Below, one piece after another: positions 13,320 to 24,998 of a DNA stretch of 64,000 bases. The DNA is taken from NCBI GenBank assembly GCA_951406725.2, contig OX597814.1, forward strand, positions 20,894,001 through 20,958,000, in the 5' to 3' direction. Position 1 is the first letter of the stretch. Each line of letters starts with the position of its first letter. Under the pieces are notes generated by a model. The model saw only the letters and a program-made list of their open reading frames with translations. It made no database searches and was not told the origin of the DNA. This DNA is from Octopus vulgaris. Its lineage: Eukaryota. Made by a program: the position numbers and the translations under genes.

Positions 13320-13536
13320 ATTCTGGCTGACCATTGGGGCACCACTGATGACTTTGCAACCAGATCCTTCCATCTGTCTTCGTTGTTTGCCTCTTGTACT
13401 GCATCTCCCATCTTTAGGCCTGTCCACTCACAGATGTTGCTTTCCCACCTCTTTCTCTGTCTGCCACTTTTGACTCTTCCCTGAAGGATTGATGAGCGGG
13501 TGACATGCCCAAACCACTTGAGCTTACATTTCTTAA
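13320..13536 (-). mobile_element. RTE LINE 3'-terminal fragment
   Basis: Minus strand reads KKCKLKWFGHVTRSS..ILQGRV..GRQRKRWESNICEWTGL..NEDRWKDLV. Confidence 0.8.
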
Positions 13537-13884
13537 TTGAAGGAAATGTAAAACTGTATGTTCAACAAACAAGCTGTGCAGTTAGATGAGAACCACAAGT
13601 CTCATGGATGAAACAACTATGTCTGATATGAATGATGGACACATTTTCAAAAAGTCCAAAAAATGAATATTTCAAGAAATGTCTGATCTTCCTAGCTCTC
13701 TGCTTCTATAGGCATTGTCCTTCTCAATGTAAGAACTTGAAAATTCCTGATTTCAACTAAAAACCAGCATCAAGATGTTATAATATATGTTATAGCACAC
13801 ACACACACATATACACATACATATATACACAAACACACACACACATATACACATACATATATACACAAACACACACACACATAC

Positions 13885-13922
<38 letters not shown>

Positions 13923-14149
13923 GAACTTATATATATGCACATATACAACACAAAAATGTCATAATGATATGCGAACATGTTATCTGAATATAAGCTTACA
14001 ATATACCATGATAATTTTTTATTTTAGTCATTTTTCTAGCCAACAACATTGGCCTAACCCTAGTTATTGAATACAGTTCTTAATCCCTCTGTATATTCAC
14101 ATCTGCATACATCTATAAGTATCTGAAGCCCACAAACAAATGTATTTAT

Positions 14150-14607
14150 TATGGAGATAAGCACAGAGAAAACAAAAGTTATGACAAACTGCCCAAACAG
14201 AATCAGTATCATCATAAGCATCAGTGGAGATGAGCCTAGCAAGTTCAAAATTTCAAATATCTTGTAATGATAGTGAGTGACCAACATTCCATGCCTGAAG
14301 TGATATCCCACTTTGCCAAAACAACAGCAACAATAACCAAATTCAGAACACTATGGAAAGACAGAAATATCTCTGAGCTGCAAAATTAGGCTAATGGGAT
14401 CACTAGTGAGCTCAATATTCCTGTATGCCTATGAGACATGGACACTGACAACAGAAATCAAAAGAAAAATCCAGGCTACAGAGATGAAATATTTCAGGAG
14501 ACTTTAGGGAATATCATATAGAAATCATGTTACAAATGAGGAAATGAAAAGAAGAATAAGGCAGGCATAGGGCCCTATAAGGAACTTCTTACCACAGTAA
14601 AGAAATG
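14150..14607 (+). mobile_element. RTE LINE internal fragment; inverted partner of 13320-13536
   Basis: Plus strand reads MEISTEKTKVM...KIRLMGSLVSSIFLYAYETWTLT...HVTNEEM...ELLTTVKKC. Confidence 0.8.
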
Positions 14608-15766
14608 CCAATAATGCTGTCTGTGAAGCATGTTTCTTACCGTATAAACAATGTGTGTATAACGCATGTGTTTATTGTACTTGTAGATGTATGCAGGTTT
14701 GCAGCATATCCTATGCATACATTTTAGTAATGATGTAGCACCCATCGACAGATGTATAGTACTCGTTATTAAATGGTGTTTTACTATAAGTACCAAGCAT
14801 TCCACCTATAGAGCAGGCTAGTGAGGTTGCCACATAATTTTGTAACACTGTTATTTCTACATGCAGGATAACAGAGTACCTCGACCCACCAATATTATCC
14901 TGTTGTTTGTGAAATATTAGGGTTAACTTTTATATGGGGTCTATGGAAAATTCCCAAAGTTTTGGCCAAAAATTGGTTGACTTTTACATGATATTGACTA
15001 TTACTTGAGTATATATGGTATTTCCTTTTAATGCTTTTCTCCACAAAGCAATGGAATCTTTGTGTAACATTGATAATTTCACCAGAGGTTGTTTTGATGA
15101 CAAAGGAAGTCAATTTCTTAGTATGTATAAGGCGAAAATTTTAGTACTAGCAATATAGAAATAAAGATTTTGTTGCAGTGTATGTTGTTGAATTATTTAA
15201 GAATTTCAACCGACTTGTTTTTTCCCTTGGGGAGTAAAAGCCAAATTGTAAAATGTAGCGATATTTTAACAACAAATGCAACTTAAATTAGAAATCGCAA
15301 GAAAATATTTCAAGTGGTTTTGATTGTTTTATGAAATATTAAGGATGAAATGTAACACTATTATTTAAATAAAATTTGTGTGTTTTAAAGGGTATATCCA
15401 TTATCCATACACTTTTCTTTAATAAATATTCTCGATACCAAACTGTGCGAAAACGCTCTTGGTTCTATAATTCAAACTTTCACATCCATTTTCAAACCAC
15501 CGGCTTAATGATGACACACTTATTTTACAAAATACTTCATTATTTTCAAAATTAATTTAAACAAAGGCTGTGTATTTAACAGAAATATAACAGAAAGGAA
15601 TTAATTTAGTAGTAAAGGCTACTTTTATGAACTTGAGGGGCAGTTTTTATAGCTTTACCATGCTTTTGTGAATAGTACGACAGACTTTGATCTATGTGGG
15701 TACAAATAAAGGGGAACATAAAAATTTATTGATTGTTTTTTCAGGCAAACTTACAATTGTGTAAGA

Positions 15767-15947
15767 ATGTATAAGGCGAAAATGTTTCAAAGAGGATTTC
15801 AAATGCCAAAGATGTCTCTTGGACAACATCAGAATTACCCGAAAACAAATAGCAATTTGAGAATGCATATTACCAATTTAAAAAGCAATAAGAAGTTTAA
15901 AAAAAAGTCAGATGATATATTAATGGATATTATTAAAGAAGCTAAAG
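15767..15947 (+). CDS. NKRF-like gene, coding exon 1 (exon starts 15745; basic NLS-like KSNKKFKKKS)
   Basis: Acceptor TTTTTTCAG| ends at 15744, ATG at 15767, donor AAG|GTATTT at 15948 (phase 1). G+AT from 26050 makes GAT in frame with the 26052 ORF. Confidence 0.7.
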
Positions 15948-16464
15948 GTATTTAGATTTATTTCATTGTAATGAAAAAGTTTAAAAAAGATATTTTATTG
16001 AAATTTTATTAAATATTTTAGAACTCAGTATTTATTTTGCTGAGTTGGCAGTATACCAAGTATATAAATTTTCTTTTTAACCTGGAAGTCAGCCAACTAT
16101 CAAATATATTTCACAATGATTATACATGGTAATTTTCTGTGCCTGCATGCATGCATATGTGTGCATGTATGTATGAGAAATTTGTATAGAGGGCTTGTTA
16201 GGGTACTGGTTAACCAATTAGCAAGACCGATTTGTAAAGTATTTTGTCTGTTTACTAAAGTCACCTAGCTGTTAATAGATGTTGCAGAGCAGGAAAATCT
16301 CGTAATTTTAAATGGTGTCAATAGAGAAATTTAATATTTAGTGTTGAGTTTTGAACACTTGGAACATTTGGAGATCAATGAAAGCTCTCACTTATTTGAT
16401 ATCAAAACTAAATTGCTAGTTGTCTTCAGTGACAATGCATCATATAATTGGAAAATATACAAAA

Positions 16465-16832
16465 CACACCATTCGAGCGTGATCATTACCAGTGTCACCT
16501 TACTGGCACTTGTACCAGTGGCACGTGAAAAACAACATTCGAGCAAGGTCGTTGCCAGTGCCGCTGGACTGGCTCCTGTGCAGGTGGCATGTAAAAAAAC
16601 ACCATTTGAGCGTGGCCGTTGCCAGTACCACCTGATTGGCCCTCGTGCCTGTGGCACATAAAAGCACCCACTACACTCTCGGAGTGGTTGGTGTTAGGTA
16701 GGGCATCCAGCTGTAGAAACTCTGCCAGATCAGATTGGAGCCTAGTGCAGCCATCTGGCTCGTCAGTCCTCAGTCAAACTGTCCAACCCATGCCAGCATG
16801 GAAAGCGGATGTTAAATGATGATGATGATGAT
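16465..16832 (+). mobile_element. Non-autonomous element with RTE-type 3' tail
   Basis: Reverse-orientation copy of the 9948-10720 family, ending GGAAAGCGGATGTTAAA(TGA)n. Shorter tail copies at ~17143-17310, 21935-22065, 42812-43010 and 44470-44645. Confidence 0.75.
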
Positions 16833-17547
16833 TGCTGACTTAATAATTGACTAGCATTGAACTTCGTATCATTATATAAATGAGTTAGCTGCAAGGAACA
16901 TACTTGTTTACATTTTGATAAGTATTTCTCAGTTGTGTGAGAAGAGGATGTGAGCAAATCGTAATGTATTAAATTACATTGAAATTAGTAGGTTCAATCC
17001 TTATCTCTGACTACTGAAAAGGTGCTCATAAGTCTAATATCTTTGAGACTTAATACATATAGACAGAAGTTCATTTACATATGACTTAATACATATGAAT
17101 GAGTTCATATTTTTAGGGGGCCATATAATTGTCCCTTTAACTCATCATCATCATCCATCCAGTTTTCCATGCTGGCATGCGTTAGATGATTTGACCAGAA
17201 CTGCTAAGGGGCTCCATCAGGCTCCATTGTCTGTTATAGCATGGTTTTTTACAGCTGGATGCCTTTCCTAATGCCAGCCACTCCACAGAGTGTACAGGGT
17301 GGTTTTTATGATGTCAGAATGTCCGAGTAGTCTAAAACACCAAACTGAAGATACATATAGTTCACCTTAACTGGACAGCCGAAATTGCAAAGGTAATCTG
17401 GAACTCGACTGAGGAAAGAAAACTCCAAATAACTTGTCCTTGTTTTCTTTGTATCGTCTATCTGGATCTTTTGTTGTCCCTTTTTTGTATCACCTAACTT
17501 GTCTGGATGTTTTGCATTCTAGTCCTGTTTTTGTATTATATATATAT

Positions 17548-20500
17548 CATCATCATCATCATCATTCAACGTCCGCTTTCCGCGCTAGCACGGGTTGGAC
17601 GGTTTGACCGGGTCTGGGAAGCCAGGGGCCGCTCCAGGCTCCAGTCTGAATCTGGCAGAGTTTCTACGGCTGGATGCCCTTCCTAACGCCAACCACTCCG
17701 TGAGTGGATTGGGTGCTTTTTACGTGCCACCTGCACAGGGGCCGGAGGGTCCGGCATCGTCACGATCGGTTCGAGCATTTTAACGTGTCAGCGGCACGGG
17801 GGCAACGAGGTCCGGGGTACTTTGGGGATCCAGAGGTCCAGGGTAGGGGATCGGGGTACTTTGGGGATCCAGGGTACTTTGGGGATCCGGGGTACTTAGA
17901 ATGGGTAGGGGGTATGTGGAATTGCTGCAGAAAGCAGCCCGGGTCTTTGTAGTCACAGCATATCTCCAGAGATCTCGGTCCTTCGCCATTGCCTCAGTGA
18001 GGCCCAATGCTCTGAGGTCATGCTTGACCACCTCATCCCATGTCTTCCTGGGTCTACCTCTCCCCCTGATACCCTTAACTGTTTGGGAGTGGCACTTCTT
18101 CACACATCTCTCTTCATCCATCCGCAGCACATGACCATACCATCGCAAGCGTCGCTCTTGCACACCACATCTGATGCTTCTTATATCCAGCATTTCTCTC
18201 AGGATACTTACACTCTGTTTTGCGTGCACACTGACACTACACATCCAGCGGATCATGCTAGCTTCATTTCTTTCAAGTCTACGCATGTCTTCTGCAGTCA
18301 CAGCCCATGTTTCATTACCGTGAAGCATGGCAGTTCGCACACATGCATCATACAATCTACCTTTTGCTCTGAGGGAGAGACCTTTTGTTGCCAGTAGGGG
18401 TAGGAGCTTTCTGAACTTTGCCCAGGCTATTCGTATTCTAGTGGTGATACTCTCTGTGCATCCACCTCCGCTACTAACTTGGTCTCCCAGGTAGCGGAAA
18501 CTATCAACTACTTCTAGTTTCTCTCCCTGGAGTGTGATGGAATCTGTTTTCTGAGTGTCTGTTGTGTCTATTGTTCCTGTGCATCTGCCGCACATGAAAG
18601 CTATCTTATCTGTTAATTTCCCTTTAATGTTGCTGCACCTCTTATGTGTCCATAACTTACATTGGGTGCATCTTATGGAGTTTCTACCTGTACCTTTCCT
18701 ACAGGTTGAGCAGGGCCACCTACCCGAGGGGATGTGTGCTGAGTACCTCTTGCTGCTTACTAATACTTTGGTCTTTGCTACATTTATTCTAAGGCCCTTT
18801 GATTCCAACCCTTGCTTCCACACCCGAAATTTCTCTTCTAGTTCCGGTAGTGATTCTGCTATGAGAGCTAGGTCATCGGCATAGAGGAGCTCCCAGGGGC
18901 ATCCCGTTTTGAATTCCTCTGTTATTGCCTGAAGGACTATGATGAATAAAAGGGGACTGAGGGCTGAGCCCTGGTGCACACCTACTTCTACTCGGAATTC
19001 TTCACTATATTCGTTGCCAATCCTAACCTTGCTGACAGCCTCTCTGTATAGAGCCTGTACAGCCCTTATTAGCCATTCTTCAATCTCCAGTTTCCGCATC
19101 GACCACCAGATAAGGGAACGGGGAACCCTGTCAAAGGCTTTCTCCAAGTCTACAAAAGCTATGTAGAGGGGTTTATCTTTAGCTAGGTACTTCTCCTGCA
19201 GTTGTCGGACCAGGAATATAGCATCAGTGGTGCTTCTACCTGGTACAAAACCGAACTGCATTTCATCTAAACAAATTCTCTCCCTAATGAGATTGGTTAT
19301 GACCTTCTCTGAGACCTTCATCACCTGGTCCAACAGTTTGATACCTCTGTAGTTATTTCTATCTAGAGCATCACCCTTACCCTTGTAGCAGTTGACTATG
19401 GTACTGCTGCACCAGTCATTGGGTATGGCTCCATTGTGAACTACCTGGTTTACAATGCGGGTGACTATGGCATGGCCCACATAGCCAGCTGTTTTAAGCA
19501 TCTCAGCAGTGATTCCTGATAGGCCAGGGGCTTTGCCTGGTTTCATATCCTTAATTGCCTTATCTACAAGGGAGCTGTCTATTCGGGTAGCTGGTCCCTC
19601 TACTGGGTCAACATTTGGCAGGCTCTCCTCCTCCCATTCATTCTCCTCATTCAGCAGTCTTTCATAATGGCTTCTCCAAGCCTCTTTCTTTTCACTAGTA
19701 GTAAAAGCAAGTGCCCCATCATCCATGCGGACACATTTCTCTCCTATAACATCGCTATTTTCTCTGACACACTGTCTGGCAATCCGAAATACTTCAGCTC
19801 TTTGATCCTCGCGACGCTGGACATTGGCAAACTTCTTCTTTTCTGCTACATCTTTGGCAATGTATACCTGCCGCCCAGCCTCCCTTTTGGCTATCTGGTA
19901 CAGTTCCCTGCTGCCCCCATCCTTCCAGGCTTTCCAGGCCCGTCTCTTTTCACAGATGGCTTTATCTACTGCACTATTCCACCACCACGTAATTCTAGGT
20001 CTGGAAGGGACTTTGCACCATCCACAAACTTGGTCTGTGGCACTCAACAAGCTGTCCCGTAGGAATTTCCAGCTACCTTCTATGTCTGACGTCTGAAGCT
20101 CCTCTTCCCTCTCATCAAATTTCTTGATGAGTATGTCCCTAAATTTCTGACCATGCGAAGGGTTCTTTAGCCTCCAAATCCTTCTTTTCTGGATTGGTTT
20201 GTTTCTTGGAGTCCTTCTGGCCTCAAGCTTAAAGTCACTGATGATTAGTCTATGCTGAGGGATACATTCTTCACCCGGGAGGGTCTTTGTATTCAAGAGC
20301 AACCCTGCATCCCGTTGTCTGGTGAGGATGAAGTCTATTTGGCTAGCGGAGTCTCCTGACTGATAAGTTATAAGGTGGCAGACTGGCTTCTTGAAGTTAG
20401 TGTTGCAGATTGAAAGGTTACATGCATCACAGAATTCCAGCAGTCTAGTTCCCTCATCATTTCTGGTGCCAATACCATAGCCACCATGTACCCCAGTGAA

Positions 20501-21343
20501 GATACCCGATTCCCGCCCAACATGCCCATTAAAATCTCCCCCTACAAAGATAAGGTCCTTGTTACTAGTCTTTGAAGTAGCCTGCAGAAGGGTATCATAA
20601 AAGTTGTCCTTCTGTTTGGTAGTCCCGCTTGTGGGGCATAGGCTGAGATAATCATAGCTGTGCCACTCTGTAGGACCAACCTGAGCTTAAGCACTCTATC
20701 ACAAACCCTGACAACCTCTATGACCTTATCCACCCATTCCTCCGCAAGGAGAATGCCTACACCCCCTACACCTTCCGCGTTACCTTGCCAGTAGAGTTTG
20801 TATCTAAGTGCCTTGCCCGTGAGGACCCTAGCCGAAGCATCTCTCCATCTTACCTCTTGTATGCAGCATACATCAACCTGTCTTCTCTCTAGCATCTCTA
20901 CAATCTCACTAGACTTGCCTGTCAATGTACCAACATTGATAGTGCCAACTCTGAAAACTGGGAAGGAGATGTGGGGGGGACGGGGGGATTCGGCGCCTGA
21001 GAAGAGGAGGGTTGTAGTGGTGGTGATAGTTTTCGTGGTATTTTTCTTTTGATCTCTCTTCCAACCTGACCACGCCGTGGGCAGGAGCTGGTGTTAGCAG
21101 TGGACATTCGTTATCGTCACTGAGTAACGTAATTAGGTAGAGGAAAGAAATACAGATATTCTAGAGTTGAGTTGGGGAGGGGGGGGTCCAGTTGAGGCGG
21201 GTAATATAGGGGAGCAACCAGTGGGGAAGGTTGGGGTAAGGAGGAACGATGGCAGGAAGGGTTGGTGTAGGTTCCTAAGAAATAAAAACGTAGGATATTA
21301 CGAGGCGGGAGGGTACTAAAAGGGGATGGTCGGATTGAGGCAG
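17548..21343 (-). mobile_element. Near-full-length RTE-clade LINE (APE endonuclease + RT + PHD finger) with two frameshifts
   Basis: Endonuclease motifs RVGTINVGT, CCIQEVRW, GGDFNGHVG, SQIDFIL; RT motifs KAPG, QFGF, FVDLEKAFD, GVHQGS, YADD (18872-18883); C4HC3 finger at 18581-18718; (TGA)n tail at 17548-17565; (TA)n on both flanks. Frame breaks at ~20615 and at the G7 run 20973-20979. Confidence 0.95.
17780..21107 (-). pseudogene. RTE ORF, interrupted; open without stops from ~20614 to 17780
   Basis: ORF-track pieces 20922-21107, 20542-20925 and 17780-20302 join into one EN-RT polyprotein via two frameshifts. Manual translation of 20614-20303 is open (QKDNFYDTLL...GGDFNGHVG...SQIDFILTR). Confidence 0.88.
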
Positions 21344-22472
21344 TATATATATATATATAAATGTGTGGTATGTGTTTGTATGTCTGTTTATGTGCCTGCA
21401 GTGTTCACCTGTTTTTCATTTGTTTTTGTAATGACATGCTTTTGTCTTGTGATGGTTCAATGTGCAATGGTGTGGAGTAACGGCTTTTATTAGAAAGGGC
21501 ATCTCACTGTAGGATAGTGACACAGGCAGTGTCATTCAACTAATATCAGCAAGGAAAGAAAAATGAATGTAACAATGATGATACACACATATGTGCACAT
21601 CCCACATGTATGCACATGTGTGGGTTTATATGTATGTAGACAAACACACACACACACCTATATGCACATCTAATTAAATCTAATTTTGAGTATGTATATA
21701 TATATATATATACATACATACATGTGTATTTACATGTTTGTGTATGTTTTGTGTTTAAAAATGTTTTACTCATACACGTGTACATGTTTTGTATTTTTTA
21801 CCTGCCTCTTGACTGTGAAGGGAGCCTGTGAAAGAGGTAGACCCAGTAAGACAAGGGGCATGGTGGTTGAAACATGATCCTCAAATGTTGGATCTCACAG
21901 AGGCGATAAATGATCAAGCCGAGTGAAATTGCAGTCCTAGTGGTTGGCATTAGAAACCAAGCCAGATCAGACTGATACTTGGTACAGCTCTCTGGCTTAC
22001 CAGTTATGGTCAGACCATCTAACCCATGCCAGCAGGAAAGTGGATGCTAAAATGATGATGATGATTACTTTCACAGAACTCCTTAATTTACCATTTGGTC
22101 AAAATACTGAACTTCTGTTGCTGTCCTTTTTTCTTCATGTCCATTTGTTTATACCCCAGCAGCTCACATGTTGCTGGTACACTCAAATTGCAGAATTTTG
22201 TTGGAAGGAGTTGAAATTATGATATTTCGTCAATAACTGACAGAGGGTTGGAGCATGTTTGTATTGGTTTATGCAGTTCTTTTTTCTTGTAAATTTCTTT
22301 GTTGCACTTCTGTGCCATCTTTTTCATTATTATATATACATAGATACCCATTCACCCATCTTTGCCCACTAGTCTTGGGAAGGTCATGAGGGTAATGTCC
22401 TCAGACACCTATACATACATGCATACATTCATTAATTTTGCATGTTTTTCTGTACAGCATGGGTAGAAAAAT

Positions 22473-23168
22473 ACACACAGGCACAGAATTTGAACATTAT
22501 ATTATTGATGAACACAGTTAAGTGTTTCTGATTTTTCTTTTTTCTTTAATGGCATATTAAACTAAAATAAAATAGTACTGAACTACAAGATTTTGTTACT
22601 GATCACTTTATTTACAGGAGAAAATTGTGTAATTAATGTTGATTTCCATCACAGTCCAAAGCCTTAAATTGCAGTTGGAAACCCTTCTTGTGACTAGTTT
22701 TTCAAGCAAAGAATTTTTTAAATACTTTTTCAAAAATGCAGAGCTAGTGTACAAATTTGTTAAAAAGGAATTGTCAACTGAATTCACCATTTGTAGAGAA
22801 TGTAAACATTCACACGAACATGTGTGCGCCTGCTTGTGTGTGTAATATATATATATATACACACATTCATTAGAAGCATGTTTTGTGTTAGTACATGTGC
22901 ATCTCTACATAAGCATATATTGGCTCTTTTTTTAAATCAAGTATCTTATTGTTACATTTTACATTTTTTTATCTATTCACACAGACACAGAATTTGAACA
23001 TTATATTGATGAACACTGTTAAGTGTTTCTTACTTTTTTTTTTTTTTATTAGCATATTAAACTAAAATAAAATAGTACTGAACTACAAGATTTTGTAGCT
23101 GATTGCTCTATTTACAGAAGATTGTGTGATTAATGTTGATTTCCATCACAGTCCAAAGCCTTAAATTA
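22473..23168 (+). repeat. Local direct duplication of ~195 bp (22473-22670 and 22979-23168)
   Basis: Near-identical CACAGAATTTGAACATTATATT...AACTAAAATAAAATAGTACTGAACTACAAGATTTTGT...CATCACAGTCCAAAGCCTTAAATT in both copies. Confidence 0.85.
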
Positions 23169-23301
23169 TAGAGAGAGCGGTTGATTAAAGCAATATCTGC
23201 ATGTGAATTTAACCCACAAATATTATATGCTATTGTAGCTACTAAGTCTTTCCAGTCTTAAGCTATTCATAGTTACTTAACCCATTTATTATATTTCTAA
23301 T

Positions 23302-23517
23302 TAAGGTGGTGTCCTGGCAGAATTGTTACCATATTGGACAACATGCTTAGTGGCATTTCTTCTGACTTTATGTTCTCAGTTTAATTGCCCCTGGGGTTGA
23401 CTTTGCTTTTAATCTTTTTGGGGTTGTCAAAATAAGTACCAGTTAAGCACTGGGGTCAATGTAATCGACTTATCCTCTCTCCCAGTATTTCTGGCCTTGT
23501 ACCAAAATTTGAAACCA
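23302..23517 (+). mobile_element. SINE family B copy (others at 40132-40349 +, 55945-56140 -, 62005-62190 +)
   Basis: Shared head AAGGTGGTG-CTGGCAGAAT and core GACTTTGCCTTTCATCCTTT-GGGGT-GATAAAATAAGTACCAGTT. Confidence 0.75.
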
Positions 23518-24099
23518 TTATTATATTTCTAATTAAACACTCTGTGTTCTAAAATAACTTGAACTAGTTTCATAAAACAACTATAACTTTATATAAATAT
23601 GGGTTTTGGAATACAAAAAAAGTTCTTAAATAAATTTATTGCATAATTTTTCTCTCACACCTGACTTTATTACTTGAAGATATGGGTAAATTCAGTAAAA
23701 TATGAAATTATTAAAATTTTGTTTTAAAATCACTATAGAAAATAAGTTGTTAGATAAAATTCATCTGAGTGGTAGACAACTAAAAAGAAACAATAATGCA
23801 GACTATGAGTTTTCAGTTATACTAAAATGCACATAAAACAAGTCTGTCATAAAGGTAGAATAAAACAAGCTACTGGAATTTATGATTGAAGAAAACCTAG
23901 CGAATGAAACGTATATGCATATACATAATAATTTAAAATTATGCAAAATTACATGCAAATACACAATGATTCACAAATATAAATTACAAATTGTCACTCA
24001 TCTTACTGATAAATTAAAATTACTGGTGAATAAAATATATATAAGGAGGTAAATTTGAAAAAGTATTTTATAAAAATTAAATTCTCTCTCTCTTTCTAC

Positions 24100-24132
<33 letters not shown>

Positions 24133-24169
24133 TACACACACACTCTCTCTCTCTCTCACTCACTCTTTC

Positions 24170-24204
<35 letters not shown>

Positions 24205-24210
<6 letters not shown>

Positions 24211-24840
24211 AAATAGAAAGATGAATTTTCTTGTTACAGATTATTCAAAAGTTTAACCGATACCTGGGTAGCAAAAATCACAGCAGAAAATACTTGACAA
24301 GCAGGCCGAGGCGAACACACGAACACAAAAAATTCTTTCATCCGCCTGACAGGTTTTCTCAGCAGTGGTCATTGTGTAGCCCCCCTCGCCAGCACACGGC
24401 CGCGCACACTTAGGCCAGTATACACATACATGCTTTTAGGTAGTTTTTTGTCTCGCCCCCAAAAATACACCCAGTATTCTTAAATTATTCAGAACATTAG
24501 AGTTGGTCACACAGAACATCTCCACTCCCCTTGCTCTCACCCACTAGAACTGACCGCCGCCTGATCTGTAGATATCTTCAACGCACCAAATCCCCGATTT
24601 CAGCGTACATTGATAAACAGTTCAGCCATGGGCTCTTAAAGAGCCTCCTCGTTCGAATTGCTGCGCCTCTGTTCTGTTTTGTTCTGTCAACGGAATTCCT
24701 GTTTTTTCCTGATGAGAAAGCCACAATATGGTACCCTTATTTAATCAGAATTTGGAAATTTGTGGCCTTTGAAACATGTGTAGAATGTAATAAAAGGAAT
24801 TCTGTACAATCTTCGTTCAACTCCATTTCTTCCATTCAAT

Positions 24841-24842
<2 letters not shown>
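24205..24842 (+). mobile_element. Non-coding ~640-bp Penelope/retrozyme-like insertion in a (TA)n microsatellite
   Basis: CpG-richer island bounded by (TA)n on both sides and carrying a hammerhead motif near its 3' end. Confidence 0.6.
24690..24805 (+). ncRNA. Type I hammerhead ribozyme motif
   Basis: CTGATGA at 24709-24715; stem II GAAAGCCACAA/TTGTGGCCTTT (10 of 11 pairs); GAAA at 24771-24774; minimal stem III AC-ATGT-GT; cleavage triplet GTA at 24780-24782; stem I TTC/GAA extended by ACGGAATTCCT/AGGAATTCTGT. Confidence 0.7.
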
Positions 24843-24881
<39 letters not shown>

Positions 24882-24883
24882 TA

Positions 24884-24973
<90 letters not shown>

Positions 24974-24998
24974 CACACATATATACACACATACACAC
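24843..24998. repeat. Compound (TA)n/(CA)n/(CT)n microsatellite, representative of many (e.g. 1213-1243, 13795-13935, 24083-24204, 29961-30045, 63094-63190, 63824-63875)
   Basis: Directly visible dinucleotide runs. Confidence 0.95.

Noticed and set aside
17320-17412. Possible hammerhead CTGAAGA...CGAAAT-TGCA-A
   Set aside because: Palindromic loop and some distal pairing are present, but the UH site and proximal stems I/II are missing. Too decayed to call.
17901-21052. Several plus-strand ORFs of 75-131 aa
   Set aside because: Antisense shadows of the RTE ORF with no independent motifs.
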